From NCBI GenBank assembly GCA_963783305.1, contig CAWAMW010000007.1:64001-128000 (forward strand): a stretch of DNA of 64,000 nucleotides. The letters are read 5' to 3'. Origin of the DNA: an uncultured Gemmatimonadales bacterium (lineage in GTDB: Bacteria; Gemmatimonadota; Gemmatimonadetes; Longimicrobiales; RSA9). The notes beneath the pieces were generated by a model. It was not told the origin of the DNA, ran no database searches, and worked only from the letters and a program-made list of their open reading frames with translations. Below, in pieces: positions 1 through 9,994 of the stretch. A program made the position numbers and the translations under genes. The first letter of the stretch is position 1, and each line of letters begins with the position of its first letter.

Positions 1-51
1 ATTCCTCGGGACCATCGACCATTGACGCGGGCTTTCCCGCTGGAGGCGCAT

Positions 52-1503
52 ATGACGTTCGTCCGAGACCTCGAGCCCCAGGCTCTCTGGAGCCACTTCG
101 ACCGCATCCTCGAAATCCCCCGCGGCTCCAAGGAAGAGGACGCCATGCGGGCGTACGTCGTGGAAGTGGCCGATCGAAACGGGCTGGACCACCAGGTGGA
201 CGGGGCCGGGAACGTCGTCGTGAAGAAACCCGCCGCCCCGGGGCACGAGGACGCCGCCGTCACCATCCTCCAGAGCCACTTGGACATGGTGAACGAGAAG
301 AATGCCGACGTGGATCACGACTTCGGCTCGGATCCCATCCGGCCCGATCGCGCGGGCGAATGGCTGAAGGCGCAGGGCACCACGCTCGGCGCTGACAACG
401 GCATCGGCGTTGCGGCCATGCTCGCCATCATGGAGGCGGACGACATCCAGCACGGCCCCCTCGAGCTCCTCTTCACCATCGACGAGGAGAGCGGGCTCAC
501 CGGCGCGGCGCAGCTGGACGGCTCGATCCTCGACGGCCGCCAGCTCCTCAACCTCGACACCGAGGAGGAGAACGCCGTCACCGTGGGTTGCGCGGGGGGC
601 GGGGACAGCCACCTGAAGCTCCCCGTCACCCGCACCGATCCACCCGCTGACGCGGCGGCCGTCACGCTCTCGCTCCGCGGCCTCAAGGGCGGCCACTCCG
701 GGATCGACATCAACCTCCAGCGCGGGAACGCCGTGCGACTCCTGGCGCGGATCCTCGAAATCGCGGGCCGCGGCGCCACGCTGCACCTGGCCGCTTTCGA
801 CGGCGGGGACAAGCACAACGCCATCCCACGCGAGTCGCGCGCTACGGTCGTCCTGCCGGCCGCGCAGGTGGAGGAGCTCCGGAAGTGCGCGCAGGACGAG
901 TTCAGCGCCATCCGGAGCGCGTTCGGGGCCGCGGAGCCGGACATGGAGATCGTCGTGGAGGAGGCCGCCGTTCCGGACGCGGTCCTGGACGAGGCCAGTA
1001 CGTGGACCGCGCTCCATCTGCTCACCGCGCTACCGCACGGCGTGGAGTCCATGAGCTACGACATCCCGGGGCTCGTGGAGACGAGCAACAACGTGGCCCG
1101 GGCCACTCTCGGGTTCGACACGCTCGAGATCCTGACCAGCACGCGCTCCTCCGTGTCCAGCGAGCTGGAGGCGCTCCGCGGCCGCATCCGCGCCATGGCC
1201 CACCTGGCCGGCGCCGACATCGAGGAGGCCGACGCCTACCCGGGCTGGAAGCCGGATCTGGGATCCCACGTCCTCCAGGTGCTCAAGGACGCGTTCGAGG
1301 AACAGCGTGGGACGGAGCCGCACGTCGAGGCGGTCCACGCGGGACTCGAAACCGGGATCATCGGCGAGAAGGTGCCCGGGATGGACATGGTCTCCTTCGG
1401 GCCCCAGATCGAGTCGCCCCACTCGCCGGACGAGCGGGTTCACATCGATTCCGTCGGACGCTTCTACACCCTCCTGCTCGGCACCCTGGAGCGGCTGGCG
1501 TAG
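52..1503 (+). CDS. pepD: Aminoacyl-histidine dipeptidase (peptidase D, M20C)
   Basis: Motifs LQSHLDMV, TTLGADNGIG, DEESG, GGHSG, HAGLE, HSPDE; GGAGG at 42-46 favours ATG 52 over ORF start 22. Confidence 0.93.
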   Translation: MTFVRDLEPQALWSHFDRILEIPRGSKEEDAMRAYVVEVADRNGLDHQVDGAGNVVVKKPAAPGHEDAAVTILQSHLDMVNEKNADVDHDFGSDPIRPDRAGEWLKAQGTTLGADNGIGVAAMLAIMEADDIQHGPLELLFTIDEESGLTGAAQLDGSILDGRQLLNLDTEEENAVTVGCAGGGDSHLKLPVTRTDPPADAAAVTLSLRGLKGGHSGIDINLQRGNAVRLLARILEIAGRGATLHLAAFDGGDKHNAIPRESRATVVLPAAQVEELRKCAQDEFSAIRSAFGAAEPDMEIVVEEAAVPDAVLDEASTWTALHLLTALPHGVESMSYDIPGLVETSNNVARATLGFDTLEILTSTRSSVSSELEALRGRIRAMAHLAGADIEEADAYPGWKPDLGSHVLQVLKDAFEEQRGTEPHVEAVHAGLETGIIGEKVPGMDMVSFGPQIESPHSPDERVHIDSVGRFYTLLLGTLERLA

Positions 1504-1511
1504 CGGGCGGG

Positions 1512-1543
1512 AAGCTGGACGGGCTGGCGGCCCGTCCAGCTTT
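1512..1543 (+). terminator. Intrinsic terminator-like hairpin after pepD
   Basis: 13-bp stem AAGCTGGACGGGC/GCCCGTCCAGCTT with only a short T tail. Confidence 0.6.
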
Positions 1544-1625
1544 CCACGACGGGAACGTTTGTTGCCAATGTTCCGGTGAGGCTGAAGGGGACCCGCCCCG
1601 GAGGCGCTGACCGTGAGCGCGTGGA

Positions 1626-4253
1626 ATGGAACTTCGGGAAAGCGTGGTCCGGTGGGGGTGGATCCTCCCATTGGTGGCGCTCGCGCTGCTGCTCGCGGGC
1701 ACGATCTACCTGGATCGGCAGAGTCATCAGCAGCTGGAGGCGCGGCGGTCCGCCGCATCGGCGGAGGCGGAGCGGGAGGCGGCGGCACTCGCGGAGGGGA
1801 TCGCCTCGGAGGTGTCCGGACGCGTGGGCGCCCTGGCAGCCGCCAAGCTCCAGTTCACCCAGGTCGAGGACTCGCTCTCGCAGCAGACGTTCGTCGAGGC
1901 CGTGGACAGCGTCATCGGACGGCTCCCCGGCCTGATGGCGGTGTCCATCGTCTATCCCAGCGGCTGGATCGTCTCGTCCCGCATGTCCGCGCTGGACCCG
2001 CGGAGCGATCCGCTCGCGCTCCCGGACCTGAAGGCCGCGTATGCGCGGGCGGCCGCGACCCGGCAGCCCGCCGCTACACCGGTACTCCCGCTCGGCGGAT
2101 ACCGTCGCGTAGTGCTGTTCGACCCCGTTGCACCCTCCGACACCGTCCCCATCCAGGCCATGCTCATGGCCGAGATCGAGCCGCTCCCCATCCTTCGCGC
2201 CGCCCTCGAGCAGGGCGGCAAGAAGCTGAGGCCGGCCTTCTACGACCTGTTCGACCCGTCGGGCCGCCGCATTACCACCGTTCCGGCCCCGGAGGGTTGG
2301 CCGTCCGTGCGCCACGACGTGAAGGTGGCGGACACCGAATGGAGCCTGTACGTGGCGCATCAGCCGGTGAGCGAGCGCTCCTTCCTCGCCACCATCACCG
2401 CGATCCGGGTGGCGGGCGGGCTCCTGGCGGTCGCGTTCTCCCTGCTCCTGCTCCTGCTCTGGCGGATGGTGACCGCCCAGCACGGCGAGATCCGGCTCCG
2501 GCGCGTGGCGGAGACGCAGGCGCGGGAGGTGAGCGATCAGCTTCGGGCCGCACAGGAGGCGTCGCTCCGTCTGTCCGGCGCCATGGACCCGGACCGTGTC
2601 ATCGAGGAGTTCCTCGGCGCGGTGGGGGTTGAGATCGGCGCGGACGTGGGGCGGATCTACGCCTTCGAGGAGAACGGGGACGTGCTCGTGGGCCGACGGC
2701 TGATTGTGCTGGACCCGGAGCTGTGGGAGGGCGCGGGGCCCAGCGAGCACGGCTTTCGGGATGTGCGCGTCCCCCTGGGCCTGATGCCCCACCTGGCTGA
2801 GCCCGTGGCAACGGGAGAGCCCTACCTGGCGGGCCCCGAAGCCAACATTACGCCGGGGTCGGAAGGTCGACCTTCCGCCAGCTCGACCCTGGTCGTGCCC
2901 CTGGCGCTGGGCGGGAACCTGGTGGGGCTCGCGGTCTGGGAGCGGCACCGGCCGGACGGTCGCTTCGAAGACCGCGCCATTCCGTTCGCGCAGGGCGTTG
3001 CCGCGCACGCCGCCGCCGCGCTCCAGGCCGCAGAGCTCATGGATGGCGTACGGCAGGCGCGCGAGAGGGCGCACAAGGAGGCCGTTCGGCTCGCCACCGT
3101 GCTGGACCAGATGGGCGATGGCGTCATCCTCTTCGATCAGGAGGGATATCCCGAGCGCGTGAACGCCGCCGCCGAGGCACTCCTCGGCCCCGCACTCTCC
3201 GATACGCACCTCGCCGACTGGCCGGGCGTGTTTCGGATCTCGAATACCGCTTCGGCCGGGTTCCCGCCGCTGCACGCCCTCGAGGGTCGGGCGGTAGAGG
3301 ACGTCCGGCTCACCATGCGGCACCACGGGCTCGAGCGGTACCTCGCCGTTTCCGCCGCGCCGATCCGTGGAGCGGAAGACTCCGTCCGCGGTGCCGCGCT
3401 CGTGTTCCGGGACGTCACCGCCGAGCACGAGTACGCGGAGATGCTGCGGTACACCAATCAGGAGCTGCGACAGCAGGCGACGTTGCTCGAGCGCACGAAC
3501 GATGAGCTACGCGCGGCCACCGCCGCCAAGGACCAGTTTCTCGCCATGATGAGCCACGAGCTGCGCACCCCCATCAACGCCATCATCGGCTACAGCGAGC
3601 TTCTGGCACTGGGGATCCATGGTGAGCTGGGCGAGCAGCAGCAGTGGATGCTCGGACGCGTACGCGACACGTCAGGACACCTTCTCGGGCTCATCGAGGA
3701 CGTGCTCGACCTGGCCAAGATCGGCGCGGGCCGCATCGACATGGAGATCCGCGAGGTCGAGCTCGCCCCGGTGCTGGAGCGGGCCAGCGCCCAGGTGCTC
3801 CCGCTCGCCGCGGAGAAGGGGCTCAGGATCGAACGCGCCGGCGCGGCCGGGATCCGCGTCATGGCCGACGAGATGCGGCTCCTCCAGATCCTGATCAATC
3901 TCGCCTCCAACGCCGTGAAGTTCACCGAGGAGGGCGGGGTCACCGTCCGGATCCGGGAATCCGACTACCACGCGTTGATCATCGTGGAGGACACCGGCCC
4001 GGGGATTCCACCCGACCAGCTGGAGCGCGTCTTCGACGAGTTCCATCAGGTGGACTCGGGACTCGCCAGGAAGGCCGGCGGGACCGGACTCGGCCTCACC
4101 ATCTCCCGGCGTCTCGCTCGCCTCATGGGCGGCGACCTCACTGTCGAGAGCACGGTCGGTTCGGGCACCGCATTCACCGCCCACGTGCCCCTCGTCCACA
4201 GACGCCCGACGGTCGTTGATGAACCAGCGGCACGGGGCAGGGACGCGGCCTAA
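1626..4253 (+). CDS. Membrane sensor histidine kinase (periplasmic sensor, GAF, PAS, HisKA, HATPase)
   Basis: Two TM segments, SHELRTP H-box, NLASNAVKFT N-box, DTGPGI, GGTGLGL; no receiver domain. Confidence 0.92.
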   Translation: MELRESVVRWGWILPLVALALLLAGTIYLDRQSHQQLEARRSAASAEAEREAAALAEGIASEVSGRVGALAAAKLQFTQVEDSLSQQTFVEAVDSVIGRLPGLMAVSIVYPSGWIVSSRMSALDPRSDPLALPDLKAAYARAAATRQPAATPVLPLGGYRRVVLFDPVAPSDTVPIQAMLMAEIEPLPILRAALEQGGKKLRPAFYDLFDPSGRRITTVPAPEGWPSVRHDVKVADTEWSLYVAHQPVSERSFLATITAIRVAGGLLAVAFSLLLLLLWRMVTAQHGEIRLRRVAETQAREVSDQLRAAQEASLRLSGAMDPDRVIEEFLGAVGVEIGADVGRIYAFEENGDVLVGRRLIVLDPELWEGAGPSEHGFRDVRVPLGLMPHLAEPVATGEPYLAGPEANITPGSEGRPSASSTLVVPLALGGNLVGLAVWERHRPDGRFEDRAIPFAQGVAAHAAAALQAAELMDGVRQARERAHKEAVRLATVLDQMGDGVILFDQEGYPERVNAAAEALLGPALSDTHLADWPGVFRISNTASAGFPPLHALEGRAVEDVRLTMRHHGLERYLAVSAAPIRGAEDSVRGAALVFRDVTAEHEYAEMLRYTNQELRQQATLLERTNDELRAATAAKDQFLAMMSHELRTPINAIIGYSELLALGIHGELGEQQQWMLGRVRDTSGHLLGLIEDVLDLAKIGAGRIDMEIREVELAPVLERASAQVLPLAAEKGLRIERAGAAGIRVMADEMRLLQILINLASNAVKFTEEGGVTVRIRESDYHALIIVEDTGPGIPPDQLERVFDEFHQVDSGLARKAGGTGLGLTISRRLARLMGGDLTVESTVGSGTAFTAHVPLVHRRPTVVDEPAARGRDAA

Positions 4254-5431
4254 CGCCGCCGACCCCGCAGTCGCACCAGCTCGTCCACCGAGAAGACCCG
4301 TCGACGGCCGTCCTCGCTCTCGTACAGGACCCGCGTCCACCCCTGCGTCCCCACCGGGACCCACCGTCGACCGTCCGCGACCAGCGGGCGCCGCGTGACG
4401 GCGTCCCGCATCGCCTGCTCGTACAGCGAACGGGGGATCGGGCGCCACAGGTCCGGCTCCCGCCATTCGCACAGACGTCCCACGTTTTCGTACGCCGCCG
4501 GCCGGTCCTCGAGGTCCAGTAGCGATGGGTGCTTGCCGAGGATGATCCGCTCCATCAGGTCCGCCGTGTCCGGCGCCGCCACCTCCCGGATTCGCGACCA
4601 CAGCCCGGCCACGGTCACCCGCGCGATCTCCCGGAGCGACACCCGCCGCCCGTCCCGCGTCGACCAGCGGTCCTCGTGCGGCGGGGTGGCGAACGGGTTC
4701 GCCTCGAAGCTCCCCGCCTGCGCCAACCAGCCCTTTCGCGATGTGTGCGGCACCGGCGTAAGCGTGCGGAGCCGCGGAAAGCCCCGCCGCTCCACCTCCT
4801 CCAGGTCGTGCCGGTCCCACGAAGCCACCTCCTGGACCGCCGCGACGATGAGCGCCGTTGCAGCGCTCATGAGCGCCGGGTCCGGTGTGAAGTCTACCGT
4901 CACCTCCATCCGGCCCGGCCGCGGGCGGAGACCCACGCCCGTGGAACGCCTGTTCGCGGCGAAGAGCATGACCGGGAACGGGAGCATGTGGACCAGCACC
5001 CACGCCATCTCCGAGAGCCGCGCGCCGTTCCGCAGCCGCGGGAGCGAGACGTTGTAGTGCGCGCTGAAGCCCACCAGCCGCGCAGCCCGCCCGTCGCCGT
5101 CCGTCCACCGATCCAGACCCTCCCGCACCGTCGCGATTCCCTCCCAGAGGGACCGCACCACCCGCGACGGCGCCCCGCTCTCCAGCTCGATCACAGGCGT
5201 GACCAGCTCGATCACACCGGTATCGAAATACACCGCACCCGCGGTGGGCAGGTGGTAGGACGTGCCGATCCGGTGCATTGCCTCGGCACCGATGAAGGTC
5301 CGCGGGTCACCGAACGCTTCCGCCGGGTCCACCGGCTCCTCGTCCAGCAGGCAGACGAACTCCGCCTCCAGACCCACCGCCGCCCGCTCCGGCTCCTCGC
5401 TTCCGCGCCCCGCTGCCTCGTGCTTCTTCAT
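4250..5431 (-). CDS. PafA/Dop-like (GS/GCS-fold) carboxylate-amine ligase
   Basis: GLEAEF (GxExE), LPTAGAVYFD..IELVTP, SAHYNVS, RPRPGRMEVTVD; ATGA overlap with the upstream gene. Confidence 0.6.
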   Translation of the reverse strand: MKKHEAAGRGSEEPERAAVGLEAEFVCLLDEEPVDPAEAFGDPRTFIGAEAMHRIGTSYHLPTAGAVYFDTGVIELVTPVIELESGAPSRVVRSLWEGIATVREGLDRWTDGDGRAARLVGFSAHYNVSLPRLRNGARLSEMAWVLVHMLPFPVMLFAANRRSTGVGLRPRPGRMEVTVDFTPDPALMSAATALIVAAVQEVASWDRHDLEEVERRGFPRLRTLTPVPHTSRKGWLAQAGSFEANPFATPPHEDRWSTRDGRRVSLREIARVTVAGLWSRIREVAAPDTADLMERIILGKHPSLLDLEDRPAAYENVGRLCEWREPDLWRPIPRSLYEQAMRDAVTRRPLVADGRRWVPVGTQGWTRVLYESEDGRRRVFSVDELVRLRGRRR

Positions 5432-6033
5432 TGTGGCTCTTCCATGTGCTCCGGCCGCGGCACCAGCGTCAGATACCCCAGGTCCAGGTGGAGGTGGTCG
5501 AACGAGCGGCCCGGGACGTCACCCGTCGGCCGCACCCACACGCCGGCGACCGCGTCCCGGGCGATCCGGGCGTACCGCTCGATCCGGTCCAGGTCGTCCA
5601 TGCTGTCATCGCCGATCCGGTAGATGTCCGCGGCCGCCCCCCACAGATGCGGGGAGGTGTCCACCGACAGCGCGTGCGCCGGAGACCGGTAGCCGCCGTT
5701 CGCCGCGATCCGAACAGGGACACCCACCACGTCGCGGAAACGGTCCATGGCCGCCGCGAACGCCACCACCGCGCACGGCAGGTAACGCGGGAAGTCCGAG
5801 AGCGGTTCCGCTTCCCTCAGGTCCGTGTCCAGGAACTCGAACGCCCCGAAGTGCCGTGAGACCCGCGTCTCCAGCGCCGACTCCCACGACGGGATCTCGT
5901 AGAAGTACCGCGGCAGCTGCACCATCCGCCCCGCGGGATGCTGCGCCACCTCGCCCGGCCGAAGCGCGCTACGATACGACGGACCAAGACGGAGCCCGTC
6001 CACGATCCGGAGTCGCGGTCCCACGTCAGCCAT
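5428..6033 (-). CDS. Peptidase M15-like Zn metallopeptidase (D-Ala-D-Ala peptidase fold)
   Basis: GGYRS, SPHLWGAAAD (SxHxxxxAxD), HLHLD; no signal peptide. Confidence 0.75.
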   Translation of the reverse strand: MADVGPRLRIVDGLRLGPSYRSALRPGEVAQHPAGRMVQLPRYFYEIPSWESALETRVSRHFGAFEFLDTDLREAEPLSDFPRYLPCAVVAFAAAMDRFRDVVGVPVRIAANGGYRSPAHALSVDTSPHLWGAAADIYRIGDDSMDDLDRIERYARIARDAVAGVWVRPTGDVPGRSFDHLHLDLGYLTLVPRPEHMEEPQ

Positions 6034-6868
6034 CCGCCGCCTCCAGCAGGTCGCTCAGCAGCATCCGCGACACGTCCGCAATCAGGCTCCGCCGCGGCCC
6101 CGCGTCTCCCTCCTCCGACCACTCCGACAGCACCACCAGCACATACGGACGCCGACCCTCCAGATACACGATGCCGGCATCGTGCGTTACGGTGGAGATC
6201 TCCCCCGTCTTGTTCGCCACCCGCGCGCCCCCCGGCGCTCCGGCCGGGATCCCGCTCACGTACTCCTGGTCGTGCAGGATCTCCAGCATCTCCCGCGACG
6301 CCGCCGCCGACACCGCTCGCTCCTCCGCCACCGACTCCAGCAGCGTCGCCAACCCGTTCGCCGTCACCCGATTGCTGATCCCCGCCGCCCACGCCCGTTC
6401 ATCCTCCACGCCCCGACGGAACTCGAATCCACCGACCCCGTGCCGCTCCAGTGTGCCCCGGATCCCTTCCGGGCCCAGCAGCTCCACCAGCACATTCGTC
6501 GCCAGGTTGCTGCTCGTCACGATCATGTGCCGCGCCAGGTCCCGCACCCGCATGGTACGACCCACATGCCGATGCACCGCCTGGTTCCCGTCCCGCGACG
6601 ACGCCACCCGGAAATACCGGCCGTCCGCCAGGCTCGTGAACTGGTTACGCACGTGCAGCCGCGAGTTCTCTCGCAGCGATTCCCGCTCGATCGCGTCGTA
6701 GAGCCCCAGCAGCACCGCCAGCTTCATCGTGCTCGCCGCGTGAAACCACCGGTCCCCGTCGATCGCTCCGGACTCCCCCGTCTCCAGGTCCCGGTACGAC
6801 ACCGCCACCGCCGTCGCCCCGGACTCCCGCGACCGCTCCCGTATCTCCCGCTCCCGTTCCTCGTTCAT
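6026..6868 (-). CDS. Class A beta-lactamase-fold serine hydrolase
   Basis: AASTMK (SxxK), TSSNLATN (SxN), NKTG; likely start ATG 6868; no signal peptide. Confidence 0.85.
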   Translation of the reverse strand: MNEEREREIRERSRESGATAVAVSYRDLETGESGAIDGDRWFHAASTMKLAVLLGLYDAIERESLRENSRLHVRNQFTSLADGRYFRVASSRDGNQAVHRHVGRTMRVRDLARHMIVTSSNLATNVLVELLGPEGIRGTLERHGVGGFEFRRGVEDERAWAAGISNRVTANGLATLLESVAEERAVSAAASREMLEILHDQEYVSGIPAGAPGGARVANKTGEISTVTHDAGIVYLEGRRPYVLVVLSEWSEEGDAGPRRSLIADVSRMLLSDLLEAADG

Positions 6869-6959
6869 GCCGGGCGAGGCTCGCAATTCCGAGGCCCAGC
6901 AGACGACGTCCCCGATGAACCCCCCGGCCCTCGGCCCTCGCCCCTCGATTTCCCCACTC

Positions 6960-7003
6960 TTGACAGCATCTCCAGTCTTATACATCCTTCTATCCGGATA
7001 TAT
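6960..7003 (+). promoter_or_regulatory. Sigma70-type promoter with an overlapping SahR-like palindromic operator
   Basis: TTGACA at 6960-6965, weak -10 CATCCT at 17-bp spacing; palindrome ATACATCC-N8-GGATATAT at 6980-7003 reaching the ATG. Confidence 0.6.
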
Positions 7004-7946
7004 GAATGAAGCCACGGTCTTCCACCGCCTCACGTCCCTCGCGGACGCCACCCGCGGCCGGCTGCTCCACGTCCTGGAGTCGCACGAGCTGACCGTGTCG
7101 GAGATCTGTGCGGTCGTGCAGATGCCACAGTCTACGGTGAGCCGCCACCTGCGGATCCTGTCGGACGAGGGGTGGGTGACGAGTCGGGCGGAGGGGACGA
7201 GCCGGTACTACCGCGGCGCGTCGCGCCTGGATCCGGGGGCGGAGCGGCTCTGGTCGGTGGTGCGGGAATCGCTGGCGGATAGCCTGGCGGCGGCGCAGGA
7301 CGCGGATCGGGCGGTGGAGGTGGTGGCGCGGCGCCGGACGCGGTCGCAGGAGTTCTTCCGGACGGCGGCGGGCCAGTGGGACAGCGTGCGGCGCGAGCTG
7401 TTCGGCGCGCACCCGGAGCACCCCGCGTTGCTGGCGCTGCTGGACCCCGAGTGGGTCGTGGGGGATCTGGGCTGCGGGACGGGACAGCTGGCGGAAATCG
7501 TGGCGCCGTACGTGGCGCGTGTGGTGGCGGTGGACGAGTCGCCGGATATGCTGGAAGCGGCGGGCCGGCGGCTGGGGGGCTCTGACGTGGAGGACCGGAT
7601 CGAGCGGCGGGAAGGCCGGCTCGAGGCGTTGCCCGTGTCGGACGGCGAGCTGGACGTCGCGCTGCTCTCGCTGGTGCTGCACTACGTGCCACACCCCGAG
7701 GCCGCGCTGTCGGAGGCGGCCCGGGCGCTGCGTCCCGGCGGTCGTCTGCTCGTGGTGGACATGGTCGCCCACGACCGTCAGGAATACGCCGAGGAGATGG
7801 GCCACCGCTGGAGCGGCTTTGCCGAGGACCAGCTCCGGCTCTGGCTGGACGAGTGCGGCTTCGACGCCGTGCGCTACCGCCACCTCCCCATGGACGAGGA
7901 AGCGAAAGGCCCCATGCTGTTCGTCGCGACCGCCAGGACCGCGTAG
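7002..7946 (+). CDS. sahR: SahR-type regulator (ArsR HTH plus SAM-dependent methyltransferase domain)
   Basis: ArsR motif PQSTVSRHLRIL; DLGCGTG; LRPGGRLLVVD; directly upstream of ahcY. Confidence 0.85.
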   Translation: MNEATVFHRLTSLADATRGRLLHVLESHELTVSEICAVVQMPQSTVSRHLRILSDEGWVTSRAEGTSRYYRGASRLDPGAERLWSVVRESLADSLAAAQDADRAVEVVARRRTRSQEFFRTAAGQWDSVRRELFGAHPEHPALLALLDPEWVVGDLGCGTGQLAEIVAPYVARVVAVDESPDMLEAAGRRLGGSDVEDRIERREGRLEALPVSDGELDVALLSLVLHYVPHPEAALSEAARALRPGGRLLVVDMVAHDRQEYAEEMGHRWSGFAEDQLRLWLDECGFDAVRYRHLPMDEEAKGPMLFVATARTA

Positions 7947-7995
7947 CGCCGCAGGCATGGAGCCCGACCAAGACAATGCCCGTGATCAGCGATTT

Positions 7996-9536
<1,541 letters not shown>

Positions 9537-9600
9537 GCGCAGCGGAGCACAGGTCGCGAGGCGCGGAGGGCCGGTCGCTCACCGTTCGGTGGGGCGGCCG

Positions 9601-9861
9601 GCCTTTTCCGTTAAGACGACGAGGCTGGCCGCGGCGACGTGGCGGCTGAAGCGGTGCGTCATTCCGTCGCTGGATTCACCGTACGCGTCGCTGAGAGCCG
9701 TTGCCGCTGAACGCCACGCTGTCCGCGGGTGGCGTTCAGCAGCCCCCACGGCTGGCATCGCCGTCACGACTGAATCCCACCCTCCGGAACCGCGCAAATT
9801 CAGCAGCGCCGCCTCACCCCTCGACCCAGCCGGGAACACGAGGGGCCTCACACGAAAAGGC
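9601..9861. other. ~260-nt imperfect palindrome (foldback); candidate structured RNA or MITE-like element
   Basis: Seven collinear complementary blocks, including a perfect 12-bp central stem (9706-9717/9729-9740). Confidence 0.65.
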
Positions 9862-9909
9862 GGACGTGGACGCGGACCCCGGGATCCCAACGGAAACGGG
9901 CTCCAGCGG

Positions 9910-9958
9910 ACCCCGGATCCCGAACCCCGAACCCCGAACCCTGAACCCTGAACCCCGC
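9910..9958. repeat. Heptamer tandem repeat, consensus ACCCCGA/ACCCTGA, 7 copies
   Basis: Read directly from the sequence, downstream of the GT4 stop codon. Confidence 0.9.
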
Positions 9959-9994
9959 ACCGGCCCCCCCGGCGCGGAGGAGTGTCAGCCCAAA

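Noticed and set aside
6026..6868. Calling this a beta-lactam resistance gene
   Set aside because: No signal peptide, SSN instead of SDN, and operon context argue for another role; activity cannot be read from sequence
9601..9861. Identifying the foldback as 6S or SRP RNA
   Set aside because: No SRP GGAA-loop motif, longer than typical 6S and lacks the usual synteny; left unassigned
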